Part shown: one piece after another, positions 45,910 through 55,428 of the stretch | Layout of the letters: every line of letters starts with the position of its first letter | How positions within the stretch are numbered: position 1 is the first letter of the stretch | Virus record (IMG/VR): IMGVR_UViG_3300034102_000073 | Location: 1 to 55,428 of that record | Reading direction: 5' to 3' (one strand) | Length of the DNA stretch: 55,428 nucleotides | Origin: a virus | Lineage: Duplodnaviria; Caudoviricetes | The notes under the pieces: generated by a model | Databases searched by the model: none | What the model saw: only the letters and a program-made list of their open reading frames with translations | What the model was told of the DNA's origin: nothing | Program-made: the position numbers and the translations under genes

Positions 45910-46091
45910 AACGTCTGTTCACGCTACGGCATGGCAGAGGTGGAGCCATGGTTCATGTCCTGACATCGGACAACCGCATCGAACCTGTCCACTTTGGCAA
46001 CAAGATGATAGCCAAGCAAGCCCGTAATAGCGGCAATGGCTTGGTGGTATCCAAGGGTTATGACCATGACAAATTCAAAGGAGCAAGATAA
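45906..46091 (+). CDS. Small hypothetical protein
   Basis: ATGA and TAATG coupling to both neighbours. Confidence 0.6.
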   Translation: MKRLFTLRHGRGGAMVHVLTSDNRIEPVHFGNKMIAKQARNSGNGLVVSKGYDHDKFKGAR

Positions 46092-47077
46092 TGCGAGCCG
46101 CGACACTTAAAGCAACCATCAAGTCACTATTCCCCATTCAGCGTACGATCTGCATTGAAGGCAGTCCGGGGGGTGGCAAGACAACCATCGTCCATGAAGT
46201 TGCCAAGGAGATGGATGTACCCTGCATCGAGCGGCATATGCCAACCATGTTGGTCGAGGACTTCGGCATCCTGTTCCCTGATGGTGATGACCAACTGAAG
46301 TACAAGCTGCCTGATTGGTTCCCCATCAAGGGTAAAGCCCCTGAACGTGGCATCTTGCTGTTCGATGACCGCAACCAAGCCAATGCAGATTTGCAGAAGG
46401 TGCTTGCCAACATATGCCAAGCCCGAACATTACACGGCACACCGATGCCTGATGGATGGATGGTTATCTCGACAGGCAATCGTCAAGCTGACAGAGCAGG
46501 TGCTAACCGAGTACTTGGACATCTTCGCAATCGTGAGACTGTCTATGAACTTGACACACACCTTGATGACTGGACATCATGGGCTATTGACAACGGTGTC
46601 AAGCCTGAGGTTGTGGCGTTCATTCGCTTTCGTCCCAACTTGTTGCATGATTACGATCCACAGCGTGACCAGAACGCTACGCCTCGTTCATGGGTTGAGG
46701 GTGTATCCGATGTGCTTGGTACTGTCCCTGCCGAGGCAGAGTATGAGTCATTCAAGGGTGCAGTAGGGGAAGGTGCGGCGGCAGAGTTCGTTGGCTTCGT
46801 AAAAATCTTCCGTACTCTGCCCAACCCTGACGCTATATTGCTCAACCCAACTACCTCAGATGTACCGAAAGACCCTGCAACATTGTATGCCTTGAGTGGT
46901 GCATTGGCTGACCGTGCTACCGAGGCAAACATGGAGCGAGTATGTACCTATGCTGAACGTATGGGTGGTGACTTCTCTGTTCTGACCATCTCATATGCTG
47001 CTCGTAAGAAGCCTGAGTTGACCAACACGCAAGCATTTACGAAGTGGTCGTTGGCACATCAGGACATCCTGTTCTAA
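46091..47077 (+). CDS. MoxR-like AAA+ ATPase
   Basis: GSPGGGKT, LLFDD, STGNR..DRAG, LRNR, TPRSW. Confidence 0.88.
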   Translation: MRAATLKATIKSLFPIQRTICIEGSPGGGKTTIVHEVAKEMDVPCIERHMPTMLVEDFGILFPDGDDQLKYKLPDWFPIKGKAPERGILLFDDRNQANADLQKVLANICQARTLHGTPMPDGWMVISTGNRQADRAGANRVLGHLRNRETVYELDTHLDDWTSWAIDNGVKPEVVAFIRFRPNLLHDYDPQRDQNATPRSWVEGVSDVLGTVPAEAEYESFKGAVGEGAAAEFVGFVKIFRTLPNPDAILLNPTTSDVPKDPATLYALSGALADRATEANMERVCTYAERMGGDFSVLTISYAARKKPELTNTQAFTKWSLAHQDILF

Positions 47078-47125
47078 CCACCGAGGGGCAATGCCCCTCA
47101 TTCAACAACATCATGGAGGAATGAA

Positions 47126-47974
47126 ATGAATCTATCTGACCGCGCATTACTGGTGCAACTGTCCATCTCCCAATGGACTGCCCGTAAGTATGACAAGAAG
47201 GCAACCCAAGAAGTTGCCGTTACCTTCAATACATCGAAGGACGCAGGACGCTACAACAAGTCGTTGCTACCCATGAACGACTACCTTGACCGTGTGCATA
47301 AGAAAACCACCCATATCCGTGAGAAGTTCTACAAGAACACGCTGCCATGGGGTATCGAAGGCACGATGATGTTGCCCACTACCAACTACCTTGCGTTCAT
47401 GACTGAGTTCCGTAAGGAAAAGAACGAGTGGCTGACCTTGGTGGATGACTTTGTTGACGAGTATCCAAGGCTTCAGATGGATGCACAACGAGTACTTGGT
47501 GGGTTGTATGCTGACTCAGACTATCCAACTCCTGACGCTATTGCCCGTAAGTTCAACATCGACATGGCGGTATTCCCTGTACCCACTACTGACTTCCGTT
47601 GTCAGATAGCGAGCGATGAGTTGACACGTATCCAACAGGATGTTGAGGCACGGGTAGCTAATGCTCAGGCTACTGCCATGAACGAGGTATGGCAGCGTAT
47701 GTTTGATAAGGTCAAGCATATGGCTGAGAAGTTGGCTGACCCCAAGGCAATCTTCCGTGATACCTTGGTGGATAACCTGAAAGACCAGTGTGCCATGTTG
47801 TCTCGACTGAACTTCATGGATGACCCGAACCTTGAAGCCTTACGGCAACAAGTTGAAGGAACACTTGCATCGCATCACCCAGATGCTTTGCGTAATGACC
47901 CTGACCTTCGCCGTGATACTGCGGCAGAAGCCAAAGCAATCATGGACAAAATGTCCGTCTTTATGGGAGCCTAA
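47126..47974 (+). CDS. Helical protein (DUF3150-like) of the AAA-VWA cluster
   Basis: CATGGAGG RBS; W.ARK.D, TLPW, F...YP motifs. Confidence 0.65.
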   Translation: MNLSDRALLVQLSISQWTARKYDKKATQEVAVTFNTSKDAGRYNKSLLPMNDYLDRVHKKTTHIREKFYKNTLPWGIEGTMMLPTTNYLAFMTEFRKEKNEWLTLVDDFVDEYPRLQMDAQRVLGGLYADSDYPTPDAIARKFNIDMAVFPVPTTDFRCQIASDELTRIQQDVEARVANAQATAMNEVWQRMFDKVKHMAEKLADPKAIFRDTLVDNLKDQCAMLSRLNFMDDPNLEALRQQVEGTLASHHPDALRNDPDLRRDTAAEAKAIMDKMSVFMGA

Positions 47975-47975
47975 T

Positions 47976-49151
47976 ATGACTAGCGTAATGCCTACATCTG
48001 TCGTGCGTAATACCAAGTACGCCGATATGACACCGTTGACTGATGCTCAGAAGGCGGTGCAACACAAGCGAATCATCAAGGCACGTACTGCCTTGGTGTT
48101 GGAGCATCCGTTCATCGGTTCCATTGCATTGAACTTGCCATTCAGTTTCGATGACAAGATTCCTACTGCGGCAACCAATGGCAAGAACATCAAGTACAAC
48201 CCTCGCTTTGTCGAGTCATTGACCGATGAGGAAGTGAAGTTCTTGGTTGCTCATGAGTGCTTTCACCCTATGTTGGAACACAACTTCCGGCGTGGTGGGC
48301 GTCATCCTCGCAAGTGGAACCAAGCAGGTGACTATGTAATCAATCAGCTATTGACTGACGATAGCATCGGCAAGATGCCTCAGGGCGGTTTACTTGACCC
48401 TCGTCTACACCAAGCAGGTGGCGGTACTACCGATGGTATCTACAACTTACTGCCTGAACCTGATGATGGTGGGGATGGTGGTGACCCAATGGATGACTGC
48501 GAAGATGGTGATGGTTCACCTGCCGAGAAGGAACAACAAGCGGCAGAGTGGAAGGTCAAGGTAGCCCAAGCAGCACAAGCGGCGAAGATGATGGGCAAGA
48601 TGTCGGCAGGTCTTGAGCGTCTTGTCACCGAGGTATTACAGCCTAAGGTTGATTGGCGTGACGTATGGTATCGGTTCTTCCAACGATGCAAGGATGACAC
48701 ACGTTCATATGCTAGACCCAACCGTAGGTTCCTTGCACAAGGAATGTATCTGCCTAGTGCCTCAGGTGAAACCCTTGGTGAGGTACTGTTCGCCATTGAC
48801 TGCTCAGGTTCCATTAACCAACAAACCATTGACCAATTTGCGGCAGAGATTCGTATTACTAAGGACGACTTCAATCCTGCTGCTATTCATCTTGTGTACT
48901 TTGATAGCGAGGTATCACACTATGAACGGTTCGGTCGTGACGATGACCTGCATGTCGAGCCTCATGGCGGTGGTGGTACTGACTTTGCACCTGTGTTTGA
49001 GTTCATCAAGGAACGTCAGATTGAACCTGTTGCAATCGTATTCCTGACTGACCTGTGCTGTAACTCATTCGGTGAACAACCTGACTGCCCTGTGCTATGG
49101 GTATCCACCGATGAAGGTACTGCCCCATTCGGTGAAGTGGTGGTGATGTAA
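47976..49151 (+). CDS. HEXXH metallopeptidase + VWA domain protein (DUF2201-like)
   Basis: TAATNG, AHECFH, WN.A.D..IN; MIDAS DCSGS, GGGGTDF, FLTD. Confidence 0.88.
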   Translation: MTSVMPTSVVRNTKYADMTPLTDAQKAVQHKRIIKARTALVLEHPFIGSIALNLPFSFDDKIPTAATNGKNIKYNPRFVESLTDEEVKFLVAHECFHPMLEHNFRRGGRHPRKWNQAGDYVINQLLTDDSIGKMPQGGLLDPRLHQAGGGTTDGIYNLLPEPDDGGDGGDPMDDCEDGDGSPAEKEQQAAEWKVKVAQAAQAAKMMGKMSAGLERLVTEVLQPKVDWRDVWYRFFQRCKDDTRSYARPNRRFLAQGMYLPSASGETLGEVLFAIDCSGSINQQTIDQFAAEIRITKDDFNPAAIHLVYFDSEVSHYERFGRDDDLHVEPHGGGGTDFAPVFEFIKERQIEPVAIVFLTDLCCNSFGEQPDCPVLWVSTDEGTAPFGEVVVM

Positions 49152-49366
49152 TGATTACATACGCCGAACTACTGGCGTTGAGTGTATTCGTGGGTATGGG
49201 ATGCTACATCTCATACCTGCGGTACAAACTCACGACCTCTGAACAGAAAAGATATTTCCTTGAGACAGTCATTGTCGATGTCTGCGAAGGCAACGTCACG
49301 ATAAGGAGAGAACGCGATGGATTTAGCATACATAAAACAGAACGCCAAACTGTTGGAAAAGTATAG
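49151..49366 (+). CDS. Small membrane protein
   Basis: N-terminal TM helix; TAATG coupling. Confidence 0.55.
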   Translation: MITYAELLALSVFVGMGCYISYLRYKLTTSEQKRYFLETVIVDVCEGNVTIRRERDGFSIHKTERQTVGKV

Positions 49367-49919
49367 GCACTTCAACGTAGACACTATTGACTGGTGGGAT
49401 GATGTGTTCGAGATGTTCACCGAGGACATGAAAGAGAAGGGCATTGCAGTAGACCGCATGTTCTTCTCAGGCTTCTGTTCGCAGGGTGATGGTGCTTGTT
49501 TCGAGGGTGAGATAGATGACATTGAAAGATTCTTCTCTCACAACTTTAAGTACACCGACTATCCAATCATCCAACAGCTTATTAAGCATGGCGGTACGGT
49601 GAGTATGAAGTGCGTTCATCGTGGGCATTATTACCATGAGAACTGTACTGTGTTCAGCATGGATAGTGACTGCTTCTACAACCTATGGCAACAACCTGAT
49701 GAACTCCGACAACATGTTGTTCGTGCATTGGACGAGGGACTTGGGTATGAACTCGTGCATTTTGAGGAAGATGTTGTATCCATATTCAGGAACTACATGC
49801 GTGAGTTATATAAGCGGTTGGAAGATGAGTATGACTCATTGGTAAGTGATGATGCAGTAGCCGAAGCGATTCTTGAGTACGACTTATATGAGGAGGTCGA
49901 TGATGATGGGGATACTTGA
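49317..49919 (+). CDS. Acidic hypothetical protein
   Basis: AAGGAG RBS; FSGFCSQGDGACF and LY..LE.EYD motifs. Confidence 0.75.
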   Translation: MDLAYIKQNAKLLEKYRHFNVDTIDWWDDVFEMFTEDMKEKGIAVDRMFFSGFCSQGDGACFEGEIDDIERFFSHNFKYTDYPIIQQLIKHGGTVSMKCVHRGHYYHENCTVFSMDSDCFYNLWQQPDELRQHVVRALDEGLGYELVHFEEDVVSIFRNYMRELYKRLEDEYDSLVSDDAVAEAILEYDLYEEVDDDGDT

Positions 49920-50076
49920 CTACGACAAGATAACGGAAGAAGGAAAGGTTTTCATTGACATGGACGCCCTACCTGACGATGTAGTGGGGTTAGACATATT
50001 GCAGGATTGGATATGTGACCTTCAAGCAATATACGCAGCGAGACATGCGGAAGTTTTTAAACCAAAAGGAGAATGA
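49900..50076 (+). CDS. Small acidic hypothetical protein
   Basis: AGGAGG RBS; D.LQDWI.DL. Confidence 0.55.
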   Translation: MMMGILDYDKITEEGKVFIDMDALPDDVVGLDILQDWICDLQAIYAARHAEVFKPKGE

Positions 50077-50077
50077 C

Positions 50078-50710
50078 ATGGCGACAGTACGATTCAGCAA
50101 AGAACTACAGGATGCAATCCTGAACAACGCACGGATTGTGTTCAACAAACAGAGAGAAGATGCGGATAACAACCGTCCATCCGATGAGTGGGGTGACAAG
50201 ATATATAACACGCTGTTCGGTGAGCATACTGCTGTACTCAATGCAGTACCACCATACTTTTTCAACATGGTAGACAAGATCAAGGTAGAACATATTGGTA
50301 CTCTACCAGTCAACCTTGAGTTCAAACTCAACAGTAAAAGACCCATGCCACATGAGTTTCCTGATACTGAACTAGCTAAGAAGTCAGGGTACTACGGCAA
50401 CGACATACACCTCAAAGATAATCTTACATGGGGTGAATTCCATGCCGATGTAACACGGTGGAAGCAGAGCATCAAGGCAGTAGAAGAAAAGCGTACTGCG
50501 TTCATCATGCAGGTCAAGAAGATCATCGAAGCACACGCCACCCTTGCTCCTGCTCTCAAGGTATGGCCTCCGTTATGGGACTTGGTTCCTGAGAACTACA
50601 AAGAGAAACATCGTGAAGTGAAGGAACGAGAGAAGAAAGAAGTATCTCTCGAAGGCGTGGACTTATCCTCGCTGACTTCCATTGTTGTTGCCAACAAACT
50701 TACACGATAA
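50078..50710 (+). CDS. Hypothetical protein, possibly Nmad5-like
   Basis: AAGGAG RBS; C-terminal TL..ALK.WP.L..L.P pattern. Confidence 0.6.
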   Translation: MATVRFSKELQDAILNNARIVFNKQREDADNNRPSDEWGDKIYNTLFGEHTAVLNAVPPYFFNMVDKIKVEHIGTLPVNLEFKLNSKRPMPHEFPDTELAKKSGYYGNDIHLKDNLTWGEFHADVTRWKQSIKAVEEKRTAFIMQVKKIIEAHATLAPALKVWPPLWDLVPENYKEKHREVKEREKKEVSLEGVDLSSLTSIVVANKLTR

Positions 50711-50720
50711 GGAACAGACC

Positions 50721-51593
50721 ATGACAGTAGCAACTAAAGACTGGTGGAATAGGTGCGTCCTGCGCACCTATGATGATTTCCATGCCCACTTTATGACAGC
50801 CCGAAACAAAGATAAGGGTAAACCCCTGAAGTCTTGGGCTAGGATATACAAGAATGGCTCAACCCTTGAGTTCTATTTCGGTGACCGTACCGGATTGAAG
50901 TTCGGTGAACTAACACCCGACAACATCTTTACGTTCACCGAGTCCCCTCATACCGTTCGCAAGATAGCAGCGGTAACATTCTCATCAAGCATATATAAAG
51001 CCCTGCCACTTATGTGGCAACGGGTGGGTGTCGCCCGATACCGCGTTAGCCATACTTCTGCCATCCCCGAAGATAAAGATCGCGGCTACATGGTGTGGTC
51101 TTACATGCGGCAAGACGCACCTGAATACTTTCAGGGTATGCAGTTCGACATGTTGACAGGTGAGTGCCTCAACCGACGACCTGATTTCAACACTACCGTT
51201 GACCATGGGCAACGCAAGGTATGGCTTAACTCACTACGCAAATTCAAGTATGGCGTCAGAGCGCGTACTCGTATCGGCGCGTTCGACCCGCTAATCCAAA
51301 CACAAAAGAATCTTCCGCGCAGTAATAACTCTGTCCCTGATTGGGCTGCTCCTGAGTGGCAAGACCTTCTATATACATCTATTCGCGACAATCAATTCCC
51401 TATGGAACTCTTGAATGGTTTCGCTGCACACGCAGTACACGACCGATGGTACTATCATCGTGGAAATATAAAAGCAGCAGACATCTTAGCTGCTGTTGAT
51501 GATGTGTGTAAAACGCACAGCATTGACTTGCGTAAACGATTCGGAGTGTTTGATGAAGTGTCCAAGTTGCACAAGGAGGATGAAGTGTCTTGA
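50721..51593 (+). CDS. Hypothetical protein
   Basis: AAGGA RBS; long ORF within the operon. Confidence 0.7.
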   Translation: MTVATKDWWNRCVLRTYDDFHAHFMTARNKDKGKPLKSWARIYKNGSTLEFYFGDRTGLKFGELTPDNIFTFTESPHTVRKIAAVTFSSSIYKALPLMWQRVGVARYRVSHTSAIPEDKDRGYMVWSYMRQDAPEYFQGMQFDMLTGECLNRRPDFNTTVDHGQRKVWLNSLRKFKYGVRARTRIGAFDPLIQTQKNLPRSNNSVPDWAAPEWQDLLYTSIRDNQFPMELLNGFAAHAVHDRWYYHRGNIKAADILAAVDDVCKTHSIDLRKRFGVFDEVSKLHKEDEVS

Positions 51594-51918
51594 TACACGA
51601 TGGCAAGAGGCGACCAAGACTACTGTAAGGCGGCACGCATGTGACTGCGGGGTACGGGGAAGGACTATCGAAAGTTGGGATAGTTCCCCTGCCCCTCAGG
51701 GTAATACCCTACGACAGCCAAAGAGCAAGAAGTTGCCAGTTGTTAAGGCGTCTGATTCCTTGCAGGCTGCCATGTATAACATGACAAAGAAACAGAAACA
51801 TGTTGCTGATAAACACAAGCCTCCCAAGTCTGCGTTCGATTCAATGGATGAGGACTATTCCTATGGTGATAGGTACGATGACATAGGCATCGACATACCG
51901 AGGGGGGATGACTGGTAG
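51553..51918 (+). CDS. NrdR-type zinc-ribbon protein
   Basis: MKCPSC...DTR...RR..C.CG.R..T.E; GGAG RBS. Confidence 0.7.
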   Translation: MKCPSCTRRMKCLDTRWQEATKTTVRRHACDCGVRGRTIESWDSSPAPQGNTLRQPKSKKLPVVKASDSLQAAMYNMTKKQKHVADKHKPPKSAFDSMDEDYSYGDRYDDIGIDIPRGDDW

Positions 51919-51931
51919 GGTAACTACGAAC

Positions 51932-51960
51932 TTGACAGCAATGCAAAGTAGCATAACAAT
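51932..51960 (+). promoter_or_regulatory. Putative promoter TTGACA-N17-AACAAT for replication genes
   Basis: Intergenic; preceded by AAC as in P1/P2. Confidence 0.5.
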
Positions 51961-51989
51961 ACATAAAAACAAAGGCGAAGGAAATCACA

Positions 51990-52418
51990 ATGACCATTGT
52001 TGTATGGGATGGCAGTACTCTCGCTGTAGATAGGGGAGTCTCCGATGGCTATACCATGTGGGAACAGGACAAGGCATGGCGACTAGGCGATGCCGTACTT
52101 ACAGGTGTAGGAACAATGACGCTCGTGATTGCGATGCGTGACTGGTACATCAACGGGCATATCCCTGACCAATTCCCCCCTCAACAAACATTACCTGATA
52201 GATGGTGTGAGTTCATTGTCGCAACACCTGACGGTTTGTTTCGCTACGAACGGTCACACATCCCAATAGAACATGGCAGGAACAAGTGCGCCTTTGGCTA
52301 TGGCAAGGACTTTGCCTATGGTGCGATGGCTATGGGCGCAACAGCAGAGCAAGCGGCGCATGTTGCTTGTAAGTTCTCCCCTCATTGTGGGATGGGGGTA
52401 GATGTCTTTAACTTTTGA
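51990..52418 (+). CDS. Ntn-hydrolase/HslV-like peptidase homologue
   Basis: MT...DG.TLA.D N-terminus; AFG.G..FA.GAM..GATAEQA..VA. Confidence 0.65.
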   Translation: MTIVVWDGSTLAVDRGVSDGYTMWEQDKAWRLGDAVLTGVGTMTLVIAMRDWYINGHIPDQFPPQQTLPDRWCEFIVATPDGLFRYERSHIPIEHGRNKCAFGYGKDFAYGAMAMGATAEQAAHVACKFSPHCGMGVDVFNF

Positions 52419-52429
52419 AGGAGAACAAA

Positions 52430-52690
52430 ATGAAACCACAAAACTCTCAGATTACCGACGCGGTAACGCAAGCCAACCACAAACAAATTGGTGGTGACCA
52501 TTACATGAACATGGGCGTCCAACCATGGAAGGCAATGGAGTCGTGGATGACACCCGAAGAATTCCGTGGGTTCCTCAAGGGTAACGCAATCAAATATCTT
52601 GCCCGAAGCAATACTAAGGGTGGAGTAACTGATCTGCGTAAGGCATACCACTACCTTGAGAAACTCATTGAGGAGGTCGGCGATGAGTGA
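52430..52690 (+). CDS. DUF3310 (SaV-like) protein
   Basis: GGDHY...F.KGNAIKYL.R...KGG..DL.KA..YL. Confidence 0.85.
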   Translation: MKPQNSQITDAVTQANHKQIGGDHYMNMGVQPWKAMESWMTPEEFRGFLKGNAIKYLARSNTKGGVTDLRKAYHYLEKLIEEVGDE

Positions 52691-52799
52691 ACTTGCTACG
52701 GTACTCTCTTTTGCTGGCGGCATATTCGTAGGAGCAGGGTTGATGCTGTTCCTATTGGTCATCGCTATAGCGACAATGTTCTTTTGGGGTGATGAATAA
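52683..52799 (+). CDS. Small membrane protein, 38 aa (MSELATVLSFAGGIFVGAGLMLFLLVIAIATMFFWGDE), absent from the ORF track
   Basis: AGGAGG RBS; TAATG-coupled to polymerase. Confidence 0.6.
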   Translation: MSELATVLSFAGGIFVGAGLMLFLLVIAIATMFFWGDE

Positions 52800-54676
52800 T
52801 GGACATAGTTACCATTGACTTTGAAACCTTCTACTCGAAGGACTTCTCACTCTCCAAGATGACAACGGAATCCTATATCCGTAGTCCTGAGTTCGAAGTG
52901 ATTGGCGTGGGGGTCAAGGTTAATAAAGACCCAACCGTATGGTACAGCGGCAGTAATGTGAAGGGATTTCTGACTGGCTTGGACTACTCCGACAAGGCTA
53001 TCCTCTGCCACAACACAGCGTTCGATGGGGCAATCCTATCGTGGCATTACGGCATCAAGCCGAAATTGTGGCTAGACACCCTGAGCATGGCGCGACCCTT
53101 GCACCAACTTACTGTGGGCGGTTCGCTCAAAGCACTCGCTACTTACTACGGGCTTGGGCAGAAGGGCGAGGAAGTTCTGCAAGCTATCGGCAAGCGCAGG
53201 GCTGACTTCTCCGCTGACGAACTGGCGCGGTACGGTGAGTACTGTAAGAACGATGTGGAGTTGACCTATGAACTGTTCAAGAAACTAAGCAAGGGGTTCC
53301 CCATCTCGGAACTCATGGTCATCGACCAAACCCTGCGTATGTACACCGAACCAGTGATCGAGTTAGATGTGCCTGTGTTACAGCAACATCTTGCTGAGGT
53401 ACAAACACGCAAGCGTTCGCTGCTTGCGGACATGGGAATCGGGGTAGGCGGGGAGCAAGCAGTCAAGGACATGCTCATGTCCAATCAGAAGTTTGCCACT
53501 TACTTAGAATCACTTGGTGTCGAACCACCGAAGAAGGTAAGTGCCAAGACAGGCAAGGAAGCCTACGCTTTCTCAAAGACCGACAAAGGATTCACCGACT
53601 TGCTAGAACATCCTGATGATAGGGTGCAAGCGGCGGTGTCTGCTAGGCTCGGCGTCAAATCCACTATTGAAGAAACACGCACCGAAGCACTCATCGGTGT
53701 GGCAGAGCGTGGTCGGCTACCCATCATGCTCAACTACTATGGCGCACACACAGGGCGATTCTCAGGCGGCGACAAGCTGAACTTGCAGAACTTACCTGCG
53801 CGTGGCAACAACTCTATACGTCGTGCGCTAAAGCCACCGGCAGGACACAAGGTAATTGCAAGCGACTCGTCGCAGATCGAAGCACGTATGGTTGCCTATG
53901 TCGCAGGGCAGGAGGACTTAGTACAAGCGTTTGCTGAAGGGCGCGATGTGTATTCAGAGTTTGCTACTGAAGTCTATGGGCGCAAGATAACGAAGGCTGA
54001 CAAGGTAGAACGATTCGTAGGAAAGACCTGCATCCTTGGTCTTGGCTACGGTATGGGGGCAGAGAAGTTCCGCAGGACTCTTGAGATCGGGCAGGGCGGT
54101 ATCTCCGTCAAGATTGAGTTGAGTGAAGCCGAACGCATCGTCCGGTTGTACAGGCAGAAGAATCATCGAATAGTATCTTTGTGGTCGAAGTGCAATAACG
54201 CGCTTAACCAAATGGTGTGCGGTCAATCGGGACAGATTGTCGATTGGATTCCGTTCGACAACGAGGGCATCATTCTACCGAACGGTCTACGTATACGCTA
54301 CCCTGCGCTACGGCAGGAGGGGAATCAGTACATCTACATCGCTGACCCGCGAGAGTACCGCAAGGCGGTAACGAAGCGAGTGATGACAGGCGAGGTTGAG
54401 GAAATCAACTGGACTAAAATCTACGGCGGTAAGGTGACAGAGAACCTAGTCCAAGCACTCGCACGAATAGTTGTTGCTGAACAGATGGCTGCGATTGGGC
54501 AGCACTACCATGTTGCCTTCCAAGTTCACGATGAAATAATCATCACGGCCCCGGAGACAGATACGTCTAACGCCGAACAACTTCTTGTCAGGATAATGTC
54601 CACCCCACCAGTCTGGGCGGCAGGGCTACCCGTGGCTTGCGAATCAGGAATTGCAGACAACTACGGCGAAACCTGA
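52799..54676 (+). CDS. polA: DNA polymerase family A with 3'-5' exonuclease
   Basis: DFET, HNTAFD, YCKND exonuclease motifs; TGRFSG, NLQN, DSSQIEAR, KTCILGLGYG, VHDE. Confidence 0.95.
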   Translation: MDIVTIDFETFYSKDFSLSKMTTESYIRSPEFEVIGVGVKVNKDPTVWYSGSNVKGFLTGLDYSDKAILCHNTAFDGAILSWHYGIKPKLWLDTLSMARPLHQLTVGGSLKALATYYGLGQKGEEVLQAIGKRRADFSADELARYGEYCKNDVELTYELFKKLSKGFPISELMVIDQTLRMYTEPVIELDVPVLQQHLAEVQTRKRSLLADMGIGVGGEQAVKDMLMSNQKFATYLESLGVEPPKKVSAKTGKEAYAFSKTDKGFTDLLEHPDDRVQAAVSARLGVKSTIEETRTEALIGVAERGRLPIMLNYYGAHTGRFSGGDKLNLQNLPARGNNSIRRALKPPAGHKVIASDSSQIEARMVAYVAGQEDLVQAFAEGRDVYSEFATEVYGRKITKADKVERFVGKTCILGLGYGMGAEKFRRTLEIGQGGISVKIELSEAERIVRLYRQKNHRIVSLWSKCNNALNQMVCGQSGQIVDWIPFDNEGIILPNGLRIRYPALRQEGNQYIYIADPREYRKAVTKRVMTGEVEEINWTKIYGGKVTENLVQALARIVVAEQMAAIGQHYHVAFQVHDEIIITAPETDTSNAEQLLVRIMSTPPVWAAGLPVACESGIADNYGET

Positions 54677-54731
54677 TATATTGGAACCTCAATCTGAGCA
54701 AGGGCGGTGGAAGTCCCACCGCTGACAATCT

Positions 54732-55391
54732 ATGAAACTGAGTCATTCATACAGTTCAATCAAACTGTACGAGAACTGCCCCTACCGTTACTTCCGTCAG
54801 CGTGTTCTGAAGGATGTGGTCGATGAGGGTGGCGAAGCGTCCAAGTATGGTGAACGTATCCACGAGTACCTTGAGCATCGCCTCAAGTCCAACAAGATGT
54901 TGCCACAGGATGTGGCGCATTACGAACCTCTCTGCGCATCGGTGGAAAAGATTGCGCAGGATGGGCAATTACTCATCGAACATGAGCTTGTACTGACCGA
55001 CAACCTTACACCAACAGGTTGGTGGGATGCTGACGCATGGCTCCGATCCAAACTAGACATCTTGGTATTGAATGGAACATTAGCCAATGTGATGGATTGG
55101 AAAACTGGCAAGCGCAATGCTGACCAGTTTCAGATGCAGTTGTTCGCGGCTCAGGTGTTCAAACATTTCCCCGAAGTAGATACAGTCAAGACCTCCCTCG
55201 TATGGCTCAAGACCATGGAGATGGATACGGAGACTTACTATAGGGGGCAGGTCAATGAGATATGGGCTGACGTAATGAGGCGTATCCAACGTATCTATAC
55301 GTCCCTTGAACACGACAACTGGCCTATGAAACCGTCAGGGTTATGTCGCTTCTGTCCTGCTCGTCACGATTGTGTGAGTGCTAGGGTTTAA
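54732..55391 (+). CDS. PD-(D/E)XK exonuclease (Cas4/RecB-like)
   Basis: SYS...CP, G..IH, KLD...DWKTG, Q..L, C.FCP...C. Confidence 0.88.
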   Translation: MKLSHSYSSIKLYENCPYRYFRQRVLKDVVDEGGEASKYGERIHEYLEHRLKSNKMLPQDVAHYEPLCASVEKIAQDGQLLIEHELVLTDNLTPTGWWDADAWLRSKLDILVLNGTLANVMDWKTGKRNADQFQMQLFAAQVFKHFPEVDTVKTSLVWLKTMEMDTETYYRGQVNEIWADVMRRIQRIYTSLEHDNWPMKPSGLCRFCPARHDCVSARV

Positions 55392-55428
55392 CCTGATAAA
55401 AAATACTTGACAGGAGCGTAAAGTGTCT
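55302..55428. repeat. 127-bp direct terminal repeat (copy of 1-127)
   Basis: Exact match to window start. Confidence 0.95.

Noticed and set aside
54704-54723. Hairpin gcggtgg-aagtc-ccaccgc between polymerase and nuclease as a terminator
   Set aside because: No U tract and it sits immediately before the next start; function cannot be supported
54732-55391. Cas4-like nuclease as evidence of a CRISPR system
   Set aside because: No repeat-spacer array or other cas genes; such nucleases are routine in phage replication modules

Overview
The window is an apparently complete, circularly assembled dsDNA tailed-phage genome. Positions 1-127 equal 55302-55428, giving a unit length of about 55.3 kb. 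The + strand arm (43.1 kb through the junction to 6.98 kb) carries early and replication genes: small early genes, a MoxR-like AAA ATPase with a metallopeptidase-VWA partner, a family-A DNA polymerase, a PD-(D/E)XK nuclease, VRR-NUC, an SNF2-like helicase, an SSB-like protein, an HTH protein and a primase-helicase. The - strand arm (42.75 kb down to 6.98 kb) carries podovirus-type morphogenesis and lysis genes: terminases, portal, scaffold, capsid, adaptors, three fibres sharing an N-terminal anchor, holin, M15 endolysin, nozzle and ejection proteins including a 2858-aa polyvalent protein. I recognised no integrase, tRNA or CRISPR array. The most notable observations are: (1) a small basic gene with its own strong RBS nested out of frame inside the 2858-aa gene; (2) a virion lytic transglycosylase fused to an SGNH esterase; (3) a duplicated early expression cassette flanking an iteron-like non-coding region; (4) a recurring aromatic/L-x-x-G-G motif in several late proteins. 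Family assignments come from motifs recognised by eye, not from database searches.
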